A stretch of DNA of 63,269 nucleotides, filler included, from Octopus bimaculoides (lineage: Eukaryota), in NCBI RefSeq assembly GCF_001194135.2. It is 6 parts of 6 records of this genome, joined end to end, with 100 filler letters (N's around TTAATTAATTAA, not from the genome) between each part and the next. Parts side by side here need not be neighbours in the genome. Positions count along the whole stretch, not along the records: positions 52,385 to 63,269 come from NC_068996.1; 5 more parts are not named here. One strand, written 5' to 3'. Positions 63,218 to 63,269 of the stretch are shown here, piece after piece. A program made the position numbers and the translations under genes. Within the stretch, counting starts at the first letter, position 1, and every line of letters begins with the position of its first letter. The notes beneath the pieces are model-generated. The model had not been told where the DNA came from. It saw only the letters and a program-made list of their open reading frames with translations, and made no database searches.

Positions 63218-63269
63218 TACAGGGTGATTCAAAAGTCTCCATACATAGGAAAAATTTATATTTTTATAA
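63218..63269 (+). mobile_element. Start of a Tc1/mariner-type element at the window edge
   Basis: TA followed by CAGGGTGATTCAAAAGT, a typical TIR start. Confidence 0.6.

Overview
AT-rich, repeat-saturated eukaryotic genomic DNA with many N gaps. The SINE families and microsatellites point to an Octopus draft assembly (inference from recalled repeat sequences, not a search). There is no intact long gene. Nearly all ORF-track peptides come from microsatellites or N runs. Recognisable content: (i) about 20 copies of a tRNA-derived CORE-like SINE, about 10 of a second SINE, and single copies of two other tRNA-headed elements; (ii) decayed DNA transposons (hAT transposase end, a hAT MITE with TSD, Tc1 DD34E, three mariner/Tc1-mariner relics, a Helentron-associated HINE-like element); (iii) decayed LINEs (RTE, R4/Dong-like, HERO-like); (iv) a chain of small minus-strand exons with good splice sites (about 40.5 kb to 19.2 kb, possibly to 11.2 kb) that join in frame into a possibly LRR-like protein. 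The most interesting signal is a set of hammerhead-ribozyme motifs (CTGANGA..stem II..GAAA..palindromic stem III..UH) in short non-coding repeats bounded by (TA)n. Two look intact (59155-59290, with an unusually long nested stem II; 25183-25222, minimal). Several are decayed, and some suggest a C instead of U at core position 4. These resemble the hammerheads known from Penelope-like elements and retrozymes. Activity is untested.
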